A stretch of DNA of 64,000 nt from an uncultured Gammaproteobacteria bacterium (lineage in GTDB: Bacteria; Pseudomonadota; Gammaproteobacteria; DSM-16500). The notes under the pieces are model-generated. The model searched no databases. It saw only the letters and a list, made by a program, of their open reading frames with translations, and was not told where the DNA came from. Where the stretch lies: NCBI GenBank assembly GCA_963735995.1, contig CAVTNC010000003.1, forward strand, positions 1,601,696 through 1,665,695, in the 5' to 3' direction. Position numbers and translations under genes: made by a program. Shown here piece after piece: positions 27,116 to 37,917 of the stretch (positions are counted from its first letter, which is position 1; each line of letters starts with the position of its first letter).

Positions 27116-28382
27116 ACTTAGATGCGGAACGTCTGTGCATCGGTGTAGCTGCTAATGCAGGCAGATTATTTTCAGACTTGCTTCGAGAAAATAACATCAC
27201 ACCGGTTGTGCTATTTAAGATGGGCAGGGAGGAAGAACTTGCTGCTACTTCTTCTTCCTCTTCCTCTTCCTCTTCAGAAGCAGAGAGCGCTACAGTCAAT
27301 GGGCGGAATGAAGAATCTTGTCTTTCAATATCGATATCTTCTCGATGGCACCCATTGCGTCTAGCCTCGATTAATCCATCAACTATTTTCACCAGCAAGG
27401 GAGAAGCCATGAACAATAAGACGAGTAAGGTGAGAAAACCGACATCATTATTTTTGATGAACCATTCTAACGACAAAGCAATGCCACCTAATGTGCCAAT
27501 CAGCAAATGTGTAGCTTCAGGATAATAGGCATCAGCTATGCCTGCCGGAATTAAAACAAGTAACGATGCCGCATAAAGAAAAAGGTTGGTACGTAAATCT
27601 TCCACCAAATCGCCGCCGCCTAGCGTGTAGGAACTCGCCATCAGTGCGTAAATTTCGGATGAACATAATTGTGCATTCGAGGTATGTCTGATGGTGGGAA
27701 TGCCTCTGTTGTTCCATAGGCAACTGAACATGTTTGTGTATTTATTCTGAAAATGAGGTAGATGCTGCGAAAGTTTTGAGAGAAATTGTATTATGCCAGC
27801 GGTGGCTGAGAGACCAAACAATATCCAGAATAAATTGTCTGGATTATCCTCAGGCACGGGTTTTGCTGTGAAGTCAGAGACAATAAAAAGATAAAGGGCG
27901 AGTGCTACTTTCAAGTTAAAAAGGGTTGCGTTCACGCCACTGTATAATGCATTCGCAAACGCATTGGTCGCTTTGATAATTGTTTGTGGTCGCCATTTTT
28001 GCAGGTGAGCAATGGCAAGCAGCGTCGCTAAAAACATCAAGAGAACGGCGGCACGCATGGTGGGCACTTTTTCTTCCTTAGCAAAGTCTGGCCAACCATT
28101 TTCGATAGTGGCAACCGCAAGGCCTATGCCTAAGCCGCCCAAACTACTGCGAAAGGCTTTCAATTGCGCTTTGATCATTTTCTCAAGCTCAGGATGACGG
28201 CGTACAAGCGGGTGGTTTATCACCTGATTGTATAAGCGCTGAAGGCGCGAATATTGCTCGGGGGTGATGTCGTTTTCAGGATTGAAGTAGCGCTGCGGTG
28301 AGTAATGCATGAAGGGTCGTAACTCATCTCCCGTTGAACTCCCTTCACCTGATTCCGAATTAATAGCACGATTATTCGACAT
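27114..28382 (-). CDS. Multi-pass membrane hypothetical protein, candidate effector
   Basis: Start reassigned to MSNNRA (RBS GAGGAG); several hydrophobic segments; C-terminal SEEEEEEEEVAASSSS tract. Confidence 0.7.
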   Translation of the reverse strand: MSNNRAINSESGEGSSTGDELRPFMHYSPQRYFNPENDITPEQYSRLQRLYNQVINHPLVRRHPELEKMIKAQLKAFRSSLGGLGIGLAVATIENGWPDFAKEEKVPTMRAAVLLMFLATLLAIAHLQKWRPQTIIKATNAFANALYSGVNATLFNLKVALALYLFIVSDFTAKPVPEDNPDNLFWILFGLSATAGIIQFLSKLSQHLPHFQNKYTNMFSCLWNNRGIPTIRHTSNAQLCSSEIYALMASSYTLGGGDLVEDLRTNLFLYAASLLVLIPAGIADAYYPEATHLLIGTLGGIALSLEWFIKNNDVGFLTLLVLLFMASPLLVKIVDGLIEARRNGCHREDIDIERQDSSFRPLTVALSASEEEEEEEEEVAASSSSLPILNSTTGVMLFSRSKSENNLPALAATPMHRRSASK

Positions 28383-28486
28383 AGATTTTCTCCTCGGTTT
28401 AATTTTTTTTAATAAATTTATAAGTGACCAGCATTGGAAAAGTGTGTTATGCCAAGCCGGCAAAAGTTTGTCATGCGAGCGTTGGC

Positions 28487-28639
28487 GAGAGTATTCACCG
28501 AACTGTGTCATTGTGCCAGCAATTGTCATGCCAGCGAAGGCTGGCATCCAGGCTTTTCTGTGAATTCCTGGATGCCAGCCTTCGCTGGCATGACAATCAA
28601 TCCTTAAGTTGACGCCTATGAGCCTTCGCTGGCATGACA
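28487..28639. repeat. Composite repeat: family-2 terminus (28487-28513), family-1 palindrome (28524-28595), lone half-arm (28621-28639)
   Basis: GAGAGTATTCACCGAACTGTGTCATTG, then a 72-bp core with loop CTTTTCTGTGAATT, then AGCCTTCGCTGGCATGACA. Confidence 0.85.
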
Positions 28640-28673
28640 AACTCTCCTGGTCTTTGTACTAACCCAAGCAACA

Positions 28674-29621
28674 TTAATCTATAAACATCCGACTCAGTGA
28701 GCCTGCTCCGCTGATGCGGCGTATGGCTTCAGCGATGGTGTGACTTAGGCTTAAGCAGCGGATGCGGGCGCATTGTTTGGCCTCGGGGGTGAGTGGAATC
28801 GTATCGGTAACGACCATCTCATCCAATAGTGAATTCTCGATGTTTTCTATCGCTTTGCCAGAGAGCACGGGGTGCGTCACGTAGGCGGCAACTTTGGCAG
28901 CGCCGTGATCTTTGAGTGCTTCGACGGCGCGGCATAGCGTGCTTGCCGTGTCGACAATGTCATCAACAATGAGACAATCGCGATCGGTGACATCACCAAT
29001 AATGTGCATCACTTGCGCGACATTTTGTTTGGGTCTGCGTTTATCGATGATGGCAAGATCAGCACCAGTGATGCGTTTTGCAATGGCGCGGGCACGTATC
29101 ACGCCGCCGACATCGGGGGAAACAATCATGGTGTCTTTGTATTTTTGCGCATGAATATCTTCCAACATAATTGGCGTGCTATAGAGATTGTCGACTGGCA
29201 TGTAAAAGAAACCTTGGATTTGATCAGCATGCAAATCAACAGTGACTAAACGACTGATGCCAACCGCTGCCATCATATCCGCCACAATTTTTGCAGTGAT
29301 AGGCACGCGTGCTGAGCGAACGCGACGATCTTGTCGCGCATAACCAAAATAAGGCACAACGGCGGTAATTTTGGCAGCCGAGGCACGACGTAGTGCATCG
29401 GCCAGTAAAAGGAGTTCCATGAGGTTATCATTAGTCGGTGCTGAGGTGGATTGAATAATAAAAATATCACGACCGCGCACATTTTCTTCTATCTCAATCA
29501 ATGTTTCGCCATCGCTAAAGCGACTCACTAAGGCTTTACCAATAGGAAGATTGAGGTGTTCTGCAACGCGTTCAGTTAATTCTCGGCTGGCATTACCGCA
29601 AAAAATCATAATCTCAGGCAC
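28674..29621 (-). CDS. prs: Ribose-phosphate pyrophosphokinase
   Basis: [41 protein letters not shown]. Confidence 0.98.
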   Translation of the reverse strand: MPEIMIFCGNASRELTERVAEHLNLPIGKALVSRFSDGETLIEIEENVRGRDIFIIQSTSAPTNDNLMELLLLADALRRASAAKITAVVPYFGYARQDRRVRSARVPITAKIVADMMAAVGISRLVTVDLHADQIQGFFYMPVDNLYSTPIMLEDIHAQKYKDTMIVSPDVGGVIRARAIAKRITGADLAIIDKRRPKQNVAQVMHIIGDVTDRDCLIVDDIVDTASTLCRAVEALKDHGAAKVAAYVTHPVLSGKAIENIENSLLDEMVVTDTIPLTPEAKQCARIRCLSLSHTIAEAIRRISGAGSLSRMFID

Positions 29622-29676
29622 GATGCACCCTCTTGGTGTGAATGAATGATAGTTGTGTCACATCCTTGCTGATTTA

Positions 29677-29748
29677 CTGGGGTGCTAGGATTCGAACCTA
29701 GGAATGCCGGGATCAAAACCCGGTGCCTTACCGCTTGGCTACACCCCA
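29677..29748 (-). tRNA. tRNA-Gln(UUG), CCA not encoded
   Basis: Minus strand TGGGGTGTAGCCAAGCGGTAAGGCACCGGGT-TTG-ATCCCGGCATTCCTAGGTTCGAATCCTAGCACCCCAG; canonical position before prs. Confidence 0.97.
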
Positions 29749-29822
29749 ACATTAAGAGTCGCTATTTTGCTGAGAGTGGGCATGAGTGTCAATGGGATAT
29801 GAAGGTTAATGGCGCACTCACA

Positions 29823-29861
29823 CCCTCACCCCTTGCCCCTCTCCCACAAGTGGGAGAGGGG
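29823..29861. repeat. REP-like hairpin CCCTCACCCC..CCCCTCTCCCAC-aa-GTGGGAGAGGGG
   Basis: 12-bp stem 29836-29847 / 29850-29861 right after the lolB stop. Confidence 0.7.
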
Positions 29862-29870
29862 ATTAGATGA

Positions 29871-30479
29871 TTAACTCAACTTCCAATGATAAATAATCAT
29901 CTTGACTCGAAGTGACGGCGAGGTGATGGCAATTTTGCTTGGCAAGTCTATGCCATCCACATTCATATAACTTAAAAATTGCACGCGCCAACCTTGTTGT
30001 GCGAGATCCGTTAAACGGTTAACCGTGTCGAAGTGTGTTTGTGCTGGCAAATTAGCAACGGGTAAGCCGCGTACCCAATATTTAAGGTGGGAAACAGGCA
30101 CATGAAAGCCCCATTGTTGCGCGAGTAATTGTTCCGGTTCTGCTGCATGGATTTGTTTGCCCTTGGCGTTAGTGAGGGTGACGCCATCGGGACCGCCATT
30201 CAGTTGCAGTGCGTTTGCGCCCAACGGTCCAAGGAGTGAGATCGAGTATTGATTGTTGCGTTGCACCCAATCCACGGTAGCACTGCCAGCATCACGCGCT
30301 GTTTGTACGCCAATTTTGCCATTCACTTGCCAGTGCTCAATGCGGCTTAGGATTTGCTTGCGACTTTCCCATGACGAAGTCGTTTGCTTAGTTGGTGTAA
30401 GTGTTGTGGTAGCAGGTGGTGTGAGATGCGCACAACTGGTGATGAAAAGTGTGAGCAGTAAAAGTCCTAGTAGACGCAT
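29871..30479 (-). CDS. lolB: Outer-membrane lipoprotein receptor LolB
   Basis: Lipobox ITSC; WQVNGKIG, VDWVQ, LLGPLG, WVRGLP, GWRVQF; divergent from hemA. Confidence 0.93.
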   Translation of the reverse strand: MRLLGLLLLTLFITSCAHLTPPATTTLTPTKQTTSSWESRKQILSRIEHWQVNGKIGVQTARDAGSATVDWVQRNNQYSISLLGPLGANALQLNGGPDGVTLTNAKGKQIHAAEPEQLLAQQWGFHVPVSHLKYWVRGLPVANLPAQTHFDTVNRLTDLAQQGWRVQFLSYMNVDGIDLPSKIAITSPSLRVKMIIYHWKLS

Positions 30480-30551
30480 ACAGTAATATCCTTTGTTTTT
30501 CCATGAGTTTTAAGCCTAAAATAGGCCCAAAATCATCACTTGGCAACTAAC

Positions 30552-31808
30552 ATGTCAATTTTCGTTGTGGGCATCAACCATAAGACGGCTTCTATCGCGT
30601 TGCGCGAACAATTTTATTTTGCGCAAGACAAACTCGCACTCTATTTACAAGATTTATTAAATCGTACCGACGTGCGTGAAGCCGTATTATTGTCCACTTG
30701 CAACCGTTCAGAATTATATTGTGATGCAAAAGATAGTCATGCTGTTCGCCAATGGTTTTGTGCGCAACATTTATTCGCTAATCAAGAACTGGATGCTGCA
30801 CTTTATATTTATCATGATGAAGCAGCACTGATGCACCTGATGCAAGTCGCTTGTGGTTTAGATTCCATGGTGCTTGGTGAATCGCAAATTCTCGGTCAAC
30901 TGAAAGTCGCTTTTTCTGAAAGTTGTGCAGCGGGTGCCGTTGGCATTTTATTTCATCGTTTATTTCAGCAAGTGTTTGCGCTCGCCAAAGAAATTCGCAC
31001 GACGACTGCCATCGGTGCTTGTCCCGTTTCTGTCGCCTCCGCCGCCGTGCATTTTGTCCGAGAAAAAGTGCCCGATTTTGCAAAAGCGCGCCTGCTTTTA
31101 ATTGGTGCTGGTGATACCACGCAATTATTATTGCGCTACCTTGAGGCGCATTATGCGTTGCCGATTATGTTGGTTAATCGCAGCAAAGAAAATGCAGCGC
31201 TACTTCTCGAAAAAAATAACGGCTGTGTTTATGGTTTTGATGAATTACCACTCGCGCTTGCTCACGCCGACATTATTTTTTCTGCAACCGGTAGTGCGAC
31301 ACCCATCGTGAGTAAAGCCATGGTTGAAGCCGTGTTGCAAGTGCGTTTAGGCAAGCCGCTTTTTTTTATGGATGTGGCGGTTCCGCGGGATATTGATCCG
31401 ACACTTCAAGAATTAGCAGCTGTCACACTTTATTGCATCGATGATTTGAAAGTCATCATCGAAAAAAATCGCCAAGGTCGTGAACATGCAGCGGATAAAG
31501 CGCATGAATTAATCACGAAAAAAAGCCAAGAACTCATGGCCGATTTAACTTCACTTGATAGTGTGGCACACACGATACGTGCTTACCGTGGTCGCATTGA
31601 AGCGATTAGTCAAAGTGAATTAACAAAAGCAAAGCAAGCATTGCATCAAGGTGAAGATGCAGAAACAGTGTTGTCTGCTTTTGCTCATGCTTTTACCATG
31701 AAATTATTGCATGCACCCAGTGTACAATTACGGCAAGCCGGCGTCGAAGGACGTTTTGAATTATTGCAATTTGCTAAAGAATTATTGGCCATCCCAGATC
31801 CCATGTGA
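30552..31808 (+). CDS. hemA: Glutamyl-tRNA reductase
   Basis: GINHKTA, LSTCNRSE catalytic Cys, GLDSMVLGESQILGQ, DVAVPRDID. Confidence 0.96.
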   Translation: MSIFVVGINHKTASIALREQFYFAQDKLALYLQDLLNRTDVREAVLLSTCNRSELYCDAKDSHAVRQWFCAQHLFANQELDAALYIYHDEAALMHLMQVACGLDSMVLGESQILGQLKVAFSESCAAGAVGILFHRLFQQVFALAKEIRTTTAIGACPVSVASAAVHFVREKVPDFAKARLLLIGAGDTTQLLLRYLEAHYALPIMLVNRSKENAALLLEKNNGCVYGFDELPLALAHADIIFSATGSATPIVSKAMVEAVLQVRLGKPLFFMDVAVPRDIDPTLQELAAVTLYCIDDLKVIIEKNRQGREHAADKAHELITKKSQELMADLTSLDSVAHTIRAYRGRIEAISQSELTKAKQALHQGEDAETVLSAFAHAFTMKLLHAPSVQLRQAGVEGRFELLQFAKELLAIPDPM

Positions 31809-31814
31809 GCGTGT

Positions 31815-32897
31815 ATGAAACCTTCTATACAAACTAAATTACAACACATCGTCAGTCGTTATGAAGCATTAAAAACGCTATTGTCAGATGCAGACATCAC
31901 CAACGATCTCAATCGTTATCGCGACTTATCGAAAGAATATGCGCAACTTGAACCATTGGCCGATATTTATTTTCAATACCAAGATCACGTGAAGCACTTA
32001 GCAGAAGCAAATGCATTGCTCGCAGAAGAAGATGCCGAGATGCAGCAACTGGCTAAACAAGAAATTAAACGCATCGAAATAGCGATGACGACCTTAGAAG
32101 AAGCGTTGCTGGTTGCGCTTATTCCAAAAGATCCAAATGATGAAAATAATATTTTTTTAGAAATCCGTGCTGGCACGGGAGGTGATGAAGCAGCTATTTT
32201 TGCTGGTGATTTATACCGCATGTATTTGCGTTATGCAGAAGCACAACGATTTAAAATCGAAATTTTAAGTGAAAGTTTGGGTGAACATGGCGGCTATAAA
32301 GAAGTCATCGCACGCATTATTGGTCACGGTGCTTATTCGCGTTTTAAATTTGAGTCCGGTGTGCATCGCGTGCAACGCGTGCCTGCAACTGAAGCGCAAG
32401 GACGCATCCATACTTCGACATGCACCATTGCGGTGTTGCCGGAAGTGGCAGAAATCGAAAACATCGACATCAATCCAGCGGATTTACGCACCGATACTTT
32501 TCGTGCATCCGGTGCTGGTGGGCAGCATGTGCAAAAAACGGATTCAGCGATTCGCATTACACATATTCCAACAGGCACGGTTGTCGAATGCCAAGATGAA
32601 CGATCACAACATAAAAATCGTGCGCGTGCCATGTCATTATTGAAAGCAAAAATTCTCGCAGCGGAGCGCGACAAACAACAAAAACAACAAGCCGAAACTA
32701 GACGCAATTTGGTTGGCACGGGTGATCGCTCTGAGCGCATACGCACTTACAATTATCCGCAAGGACGCATCACCGATCATCGCATTAACTTAACGCTTTA
32801 TCAGTTATCGCAAATCATGGAAGGTGATCTTGATCCGCTCGTTCAAGCACTGAATCAGGAATACCATGCTGATTTGGTCGCGTCATTAGGAGAGTAG
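31815..32897 (+). CDS. prfA: Peptide chain release factor 1
   Basis: [41 protein letters not shown]. Confidence 0.98.
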   Translation: MKPSIQTKLQHIVSRYEALKTLLSDADITNDLNRYRDLSKEYAQLEPLADIYFQYQDHVKHLAEANALLAEEDAEMQQLAKQEIKRIEIAMTTLEEALLVALIPKDPNDENNIFLEIRAGTGGDEAAIFAGDLYRMYLRYAEAQRFKIEILSESLGEHGGYKEVIARIIGHGAYSRFKFESGVHRVQRVPATEAQGRIHTSTCTIAVLPEVAEIENIDINPADLRTDTFRASGAGGQHVQKTDSAIRITHIPTGTVVECQDERSQHKNRARAMSLLKAKILAAERDKQQKQQAETRRNLVGTGDRSERIRTYNYPQGRITDHRINLTLYQLSQIMEGDLDPLVQALNQEYHADLVASLGE

Positions 32898-33728
32898 ATG
32901 ACCATACAACAATTACTTGCCGCTGCACGCGAACAATATCCTGTCACGATGTCTGCACTTGCAAGCGATGTGCCACTGTTACTTGCTTACACGCTGCAAC
33001 AACCGCGCAGTTATTTACATGCATGGCCAGAACAAACGGTAACAGAGGATGTTCAACAACAATTTAGGCATCTCTTCATGCGTCACCTTCAAGGTGAGCC
33101 GCTCGCTTATCTCACCGGATCTCGCGCATTTTGGTCACTCGACCTGGCAGTCACAACCGATACCCTCATTCCACGACCCGAAACCGAATTATTAGTCGAA
33201 CTTGTGTTAGCAAAAGGCAAAGGACGTCAGTGCCAAGTAGCAGATTTAGGCACGGGCAGTGGTGCCATTGCACTATCACTTGCGAGTGAGCATCACGATT
33301 GGTCTATTGTTGCTACCGACATCAGTGAGCAGGCACTCAACATTGCCAAAAAAAATGCGGCGGCATTAAACTTGCAACAGGTTGCGTTTTATCAAGGCGA
33401 TTGGTGTCAAGCATTGCCACATCAGGATTTTGATTTCATCATTAGTAATCCACCGTATCTTGCAGAAATCGAATGGGCGCAATATGCTCCGCAATTAGCT
33501 TTCGAACCACGCGTTGCATTGTTGTCAGGTGAAGATGGCTTAGATGCAATGCGTGTGCTCATTGCTTCAGCTAAACAGTATTTAAAGTTAGACGGATGGC
33601 TGCTGCTCGAGCATGGTTATTCGCAAGGCAATGCTGTGCGTGAGCTTTTTAAACAAGCGAATTACGGCGATGTGCATACAATAAACGACTTAGCGGGTAA
33701 AGAACGGGTGACGATAGGACATAATTAG
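32898..33728 (+). CDS. prmC: Release factor glutamine methyltransferase
   Basis: GEPLAY, LIPRPETE, DLGTGSGAIA, SNPPY, LEHGYSQG. Confidence 0.97.
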   Translation: MTIQQLLAAAREQYPVTMSALASDVPLLLAYTLQQPRSYLHAWPEQTVTEDVQQQFRHLFMRHLQGEPLAYLTGSRAFWSLDLAVTTDTLIPRPETELLVELVLAKGKGRQCQVADLGTGSGAIALSLASEHHDWSIVATDISEQALNIAKKNAAALNLQQVAFYQGDWCQALPHQDFDFIISNPPYLAEIEWAQYAPQLAFEPRVALLSGEDGLDAMRVLIASAKQYLKLDGWLLLEHGYSQGNAVRELFKQANYGDVHTINDLAGKERVTIGHN

Positions 33729-33800
33729 CATTGCCGCCAGCGCTATTTTTTTGGTATAGGTAGCAATCTTGGACTACAATTACTCTCAGGGTAGGAGATA

Positions 33801-34268
33801 ATGATAATGGCAACGAAAGAAAAAGAAATTTTGGAACCGAGCTTAGAAGTCTTAGGCATGAGCCCTTATAAACCTAAAAAGACTGAAGAGTATATGAGCT
33901 CAAAAATGCAAACGCATTTCAGAGAAATACTGATGGCGTTGCGACAGCGTATTTTGGAAGGTGGCGATAAAATCGTGACGCATATGAAAGAAGATGCTAT
34001 CAATTATCCCGATCCGAATGATAGGGCGAGCCAAGAAGAAGATTTCCGCTTGGAGTTGCGCACGCGTGATCGCGAAAGAAAATTGCTGAAAAAAATCGAG
34101 GAATCCCTCGAGTTAATTCGTGAAAAGGATTATGGCTATTGTGAAGTGTGCGGTGTTGAAATTGGCTTACGTCGTTTAGAAGCAAGACCGACTGCAACAC
34201 TATGTATCGATTGCAAAACACTCGATGAAATTAAAGAAAGACAGCAAAAACAGGAAGAAGAATTCTAA
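33801..34268 (+). CDS. dksA: RNA polymerase-binding factor DksA
   Basis: DPNDRASQEE coiled-coil tip; CEVC...CIDC zinc finger. Confidence 0.97.
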   Translation: MIMATKEKEILEPSLEVLGMSPYKPKKTEEYMSSKMQTHFREILMALRQRILEGGDKIVTHMKEDAINYPDPNDRASQEEDFRLELRTRDRERKLLKKIEESLELIREKDYGYCEVCGVEIGLRRLEARPTATLCIDCKTLDEIKERQQKQEEEF

Positions 34269-34396
34269 ACGGATATCGCCTTTTTCTTGCAATAACCGAC
34301 TATAATATTATCTAAAGGTGATTGACGATCATTCAAAAGGTGAGATGGTCGTCAGGTAGCGGATAATTTTTTTTGTCTTTTGTGCGAGGTAATAGC

Positions 34397-35551
34397 ATGC
34401 CTGCTCCACAACAAGGGGGTGGTGGCCAAGGTTCTGATAACTCAGCAGCCATGCTGTGGAGCGTTGCCGCTATTTTTGCAACGATAGGCGCAGTCTGGTA
34501 CGTTTTTAAAAATAAAATCGTCATCTACTATCTCACCACCAAATTATACGAAGTTAATTTCCTTACTTTTTTGAGCAACCAATTTCATTTTAATAGCCAA
34601 CCATTAGTACAGCTGCATGCTTCACTGTTGTATGCATTAGCAACGCCTGCGACCATTAAATTTAACGATTTAGTTAATCTTGGCGGCAGTGTCGGGACAT
34701 GGTTTCGTCTTCCACTGGTGTTGTTGTTGGTTGCACTTGGCATCATTGTTTATATCAGTAGTAACTCCCGTGTTTTTAGGCGTGAGTACAGCATGCGTGA
34801 TCTTGCAAAAGTGGAGCAAGTGAATTGGCCGCAAATCACACCCATCCTCAAACTGGATTTATTGAAAGTGGATATTGAAACCGGTCCTTGGGCGATGGCG
34901 ATGACACCGATGCAGTTTTGCAAACGTTATCGCTTGCTGGAAGAAGTGCGTCCACAACGACACGAAGGCATGAGTCGACACGATTGGGATAGAATGGAAG
35001 TCGTGTTAAAACGCGGTGAAGCCAATAAATTATTTGCGTTGCAATTAGGTCCCATGTGGAAGGGCACGGCAGCGCTACCACCTTATATGCGAGCCTTATT
35101 CGCTGTTTTTGCGGCGCGTATCAATGCTGATACACCACCGGCCACACAGCTTTTAATGCAGCTTGCCGCTTCTGCTTCGGGAACACTAAATTATAGCGGG
35201 ACGGATGCGTTATTGAAAAAACATGAGAACACAAAATTGGTGCAACAAATCGTGCAAGCGCATGCTTATGTGCTGACCGTGATGGCATCGATGTTAGAAG
35301 CTGCACGAGAAGATGGTGTTCAAGCCTCTTCAGATTTTTTGTGGCTAAAACCCGTGGATAGAAAATTGTGGTACACCTTAAATACAGTGGGCCGACAAAC
35401 ACCTTTTATTGAAGTGGCTGGCATTTTTGCTCATTGGTTAGCTGAGAAAGAAGCAGGAAATAAAATTTTGGTACCGATGGTGGATGAAGCAACCCATGCG
35501 GTGCAATTGGCATTAAAAGAAGTTATTTATCGTCCTGATGAAACAACGTAG
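34397..35551 (+). CDS. icmP: Dot/Icm IcmP (DotM)
   Basis: N-terminal TMs, YSMRDL, GPWAMAMTPMQF, DFLWLKPVDRKLWYTLNTVGRQTPFIEVAG. Confidence 0.93.
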   Translation: MPAPQQGGGGQGSDNSAAMLWSVAAIFATIGAVWYVFKNKIVIYYLTTKLYEVNFLTFLSNQFHFNSQPLVQLHASLLYALATPATIKFNDLVNLGGSVGTWFRLPLVLLLVALGIIVYISSNSRVFRREYSMRDLAKVEQVNWPQITPILKLDLLKVDIETGPWAMAMTPMQFCKRYRLLEEVRPQRHEGMSRHDWDRMEVVLKRGEANKLFALQLGPMWKGTAALPPYMRALFAVFAARINADTPPATQLLMQLAASASGTLNYSGTDALLKKHENTKLVQQIVQAHAYVLTVMASMLEAAREDGVQASSDFLWLKPVDRKLWYTLNTVGRQTPFIEVAGIFAHWLAEKEAGNKILVPMVDEATHAVQLALKEVIYRPDETT

Positions 35552-35561
35552 GTAGATAACC

Positions 35562-37917
35562 ATGCGATTACGCGGCTTAGAAGAACAACATGAACTTTCT
35601 CCCCAGCTTTTGCTGCGCGATACGCGCACCTTGGGGATGAAAGTAGTCGATTTCTTCAAAGATCCTGTCAACAGTGCGATCTTGATGGCGGCATTTGCGA
35701 CAGCAACTTTTTTGCTTCCTGCTGTCGGCGATCTCATCACACTCATCGCTATCGGTATTTTTCTCTATGCGATCACGCGACGTTCCAATCTACCGTTTCG
35801 CATGCCACAACGTTCCAAGGCAAAAGATTACAATGATCCGGTGCCAGGCTCAATGAAACCGCGTAATGCGCGCGGCATTAGTTTTTTTGGCAATCGTAAA
35901 TCCAATAATGATGAGCTTTGGTTTAACAACGAAGACATGCGTACCCATGTGCTGATGTTTGGCTCAACCGGTAGTGGTAAAACGGAAGCATTGGTATCCT
36001 TGTCTTATAATGCCTTAGTCCAAGGCAGTGGTTTTATCTATGTGGATGGTAAAGGTGATAACTCTCTTTTTGCCAAAGTATTTTCCATGTGTCGCAGCAT
36101 GGGCCGTGAAGATGATTTATTGCTCATCAACTTCATGACCGGTGCGCGCGATGTGGTGGGTGCACAAGAAAAACGTTTATCGAATACGATGAATCCATTT
36201 TGTAACGGTTCATCCAGCATGTTGTCTCAATTAGTGGTGAGTTTAATGGATGCTGGTTCACAAAGTGCAGATGGTGATATGTGGAAAGGCCGCGCCATTG
36301 TCTTCGTCGAAGCATTGATGAAAGTATTGGTGTACATGCGTGATAAAGGAAAAATTTTGCTGGATGCAAATACCATTCGTAATTATTTTGACTTAGGTCG
36401 CCTTGAAGCAATCGCGATGGATAAAATGTTTCCGCGCGATAATCAAGAACCAGTGAGTCTAGCGGATGCGCCCGATGTGATACTCGAACCCATTAAAAAC
36501 TATCTTAAAAACTTACCCGGTTACGATCCTTCAAAAAAAGGCAAACAAGGTCGCAAAGTGTTGGAGCAGCATGGTTTTATCACTATGCAATTAACCCGAG
36601 TATTCGGTTCATTGGCAGATACTTATGGCCATATCATTCGTACTAATTTAGCCGAAGTAGATTTAAAAGACGTGGTATTGAATCGCCGCATTTTAGTGGT
36701 GTTATTGCCGGCGTTAGAAAAATCACCGGATGAATTAGCCAATTTAGGTAAAGTAATTATTGCTTCGTTAAAAGCCATGATGGCATCCGGTTTAGGTGAT
36801 ACCGTTGAAGGTACTTATCGCGAAGTCATTACCACGAAAACCAACAAATGCACCGACACCTTACATGTGTATTCTCGATGAGTATGGTTATTATGCGGTG
36901 AAAGGTTTTGCGGTGGTGCCGGCACAAGCACGTTCATTAGGTTTCTCCGTTATTTTTGCCGGACAAGATTTACCCGCTTTCCAAAAAGCATCGAAAGAAG
37001 AAGCTGCATCCATTGGTGCTAATACCAACATTAAAATTTGTATGAAGTTGGAAGATCCACTCGAAACCTGGGAATTTTTCCAAAAAACAGCGGGCGAATC
37101 TTATGTCACCAAAGTCGATTCCTTTCAAACCAATGCGGGCAGTTTATTAAATAATTACATGGACAGTCGCAGTGCCTCTTCTGAAAAACGACAACGTATC
37201 GATCTTCTCGATCTCAAAGAACAACGCGAAGGTGAAGCGCATATCTTTTTCAAATCTAAAATCGTTCGTGCGCGCATGTTTTTTGCTAATCCCGAAGCAC
37301 CACAAAAAATGCGTTTGAATCAGATGTTAAAAGTTGAAAAACCACTGAGTCGTGTCTTAATGGATTTGGAAGAACGTATTAGCCGCTTCCAACAAGTGTT
37401 GTCTCACGAAGAAGAATTTATCTTGCCGGCCGATGAAAGTGAGGAAATTCAAGCTATTTCTGATTCCATGGCGTCACAAAAAGATACCAATGCCATCGAG
37501 CGTGCGCTGTCATCTTTATTGGCATTCCATCAACGTCATGGTGAAGCAGAAGTCGAAGAAGCAGAGGAAGCAGAAGAAATTGAAGAAGGCAGATTAAATA
37601 TTTTTGCCAAAGTGGTGTTAGGTGAAGCCGTCAAGACCTTGGTTGGTAAATCGCAGTGGGATAATTTTTCCGCTCCCTTGCTTAGCAAGAATGCAGCGAA
37701 AGAAAAAATGGAATTACTTGAGCGCTTGATGGGACGCGCAGCGTCACAAGCAAATCCCATGACAGCTGAAATTATCAAAGATATGGTGCAAGCGACAGAC
37801 TATCCACCACCGATTGAAGGCATGCTGTTAGCGAGCAAGGAAGTAGTAGCTATTGCAAATAAGTTATGTGATTATGTATCCACTCTGAAGACAAAATCGA
37901 AAGAAGAGGATGCGTAA
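35562..37917 (+). CDS. icmO: Dot/Icm coupling protein IcmO (DotL), split by one +1 insertion near 36834
   Basis: GSTGSGKT, VDGKGD; removing one base gives EVITRKPTNAPTPYMCILDEYGYY and a 784-aa protein. Confidence 0.93.

Noticed and set aside
29677..29748. tRNA-Gln as an integration site for the prs-rplY insertions
   Set aside because: I saw no duplicated tRNA 3' end and no integrase in the window.
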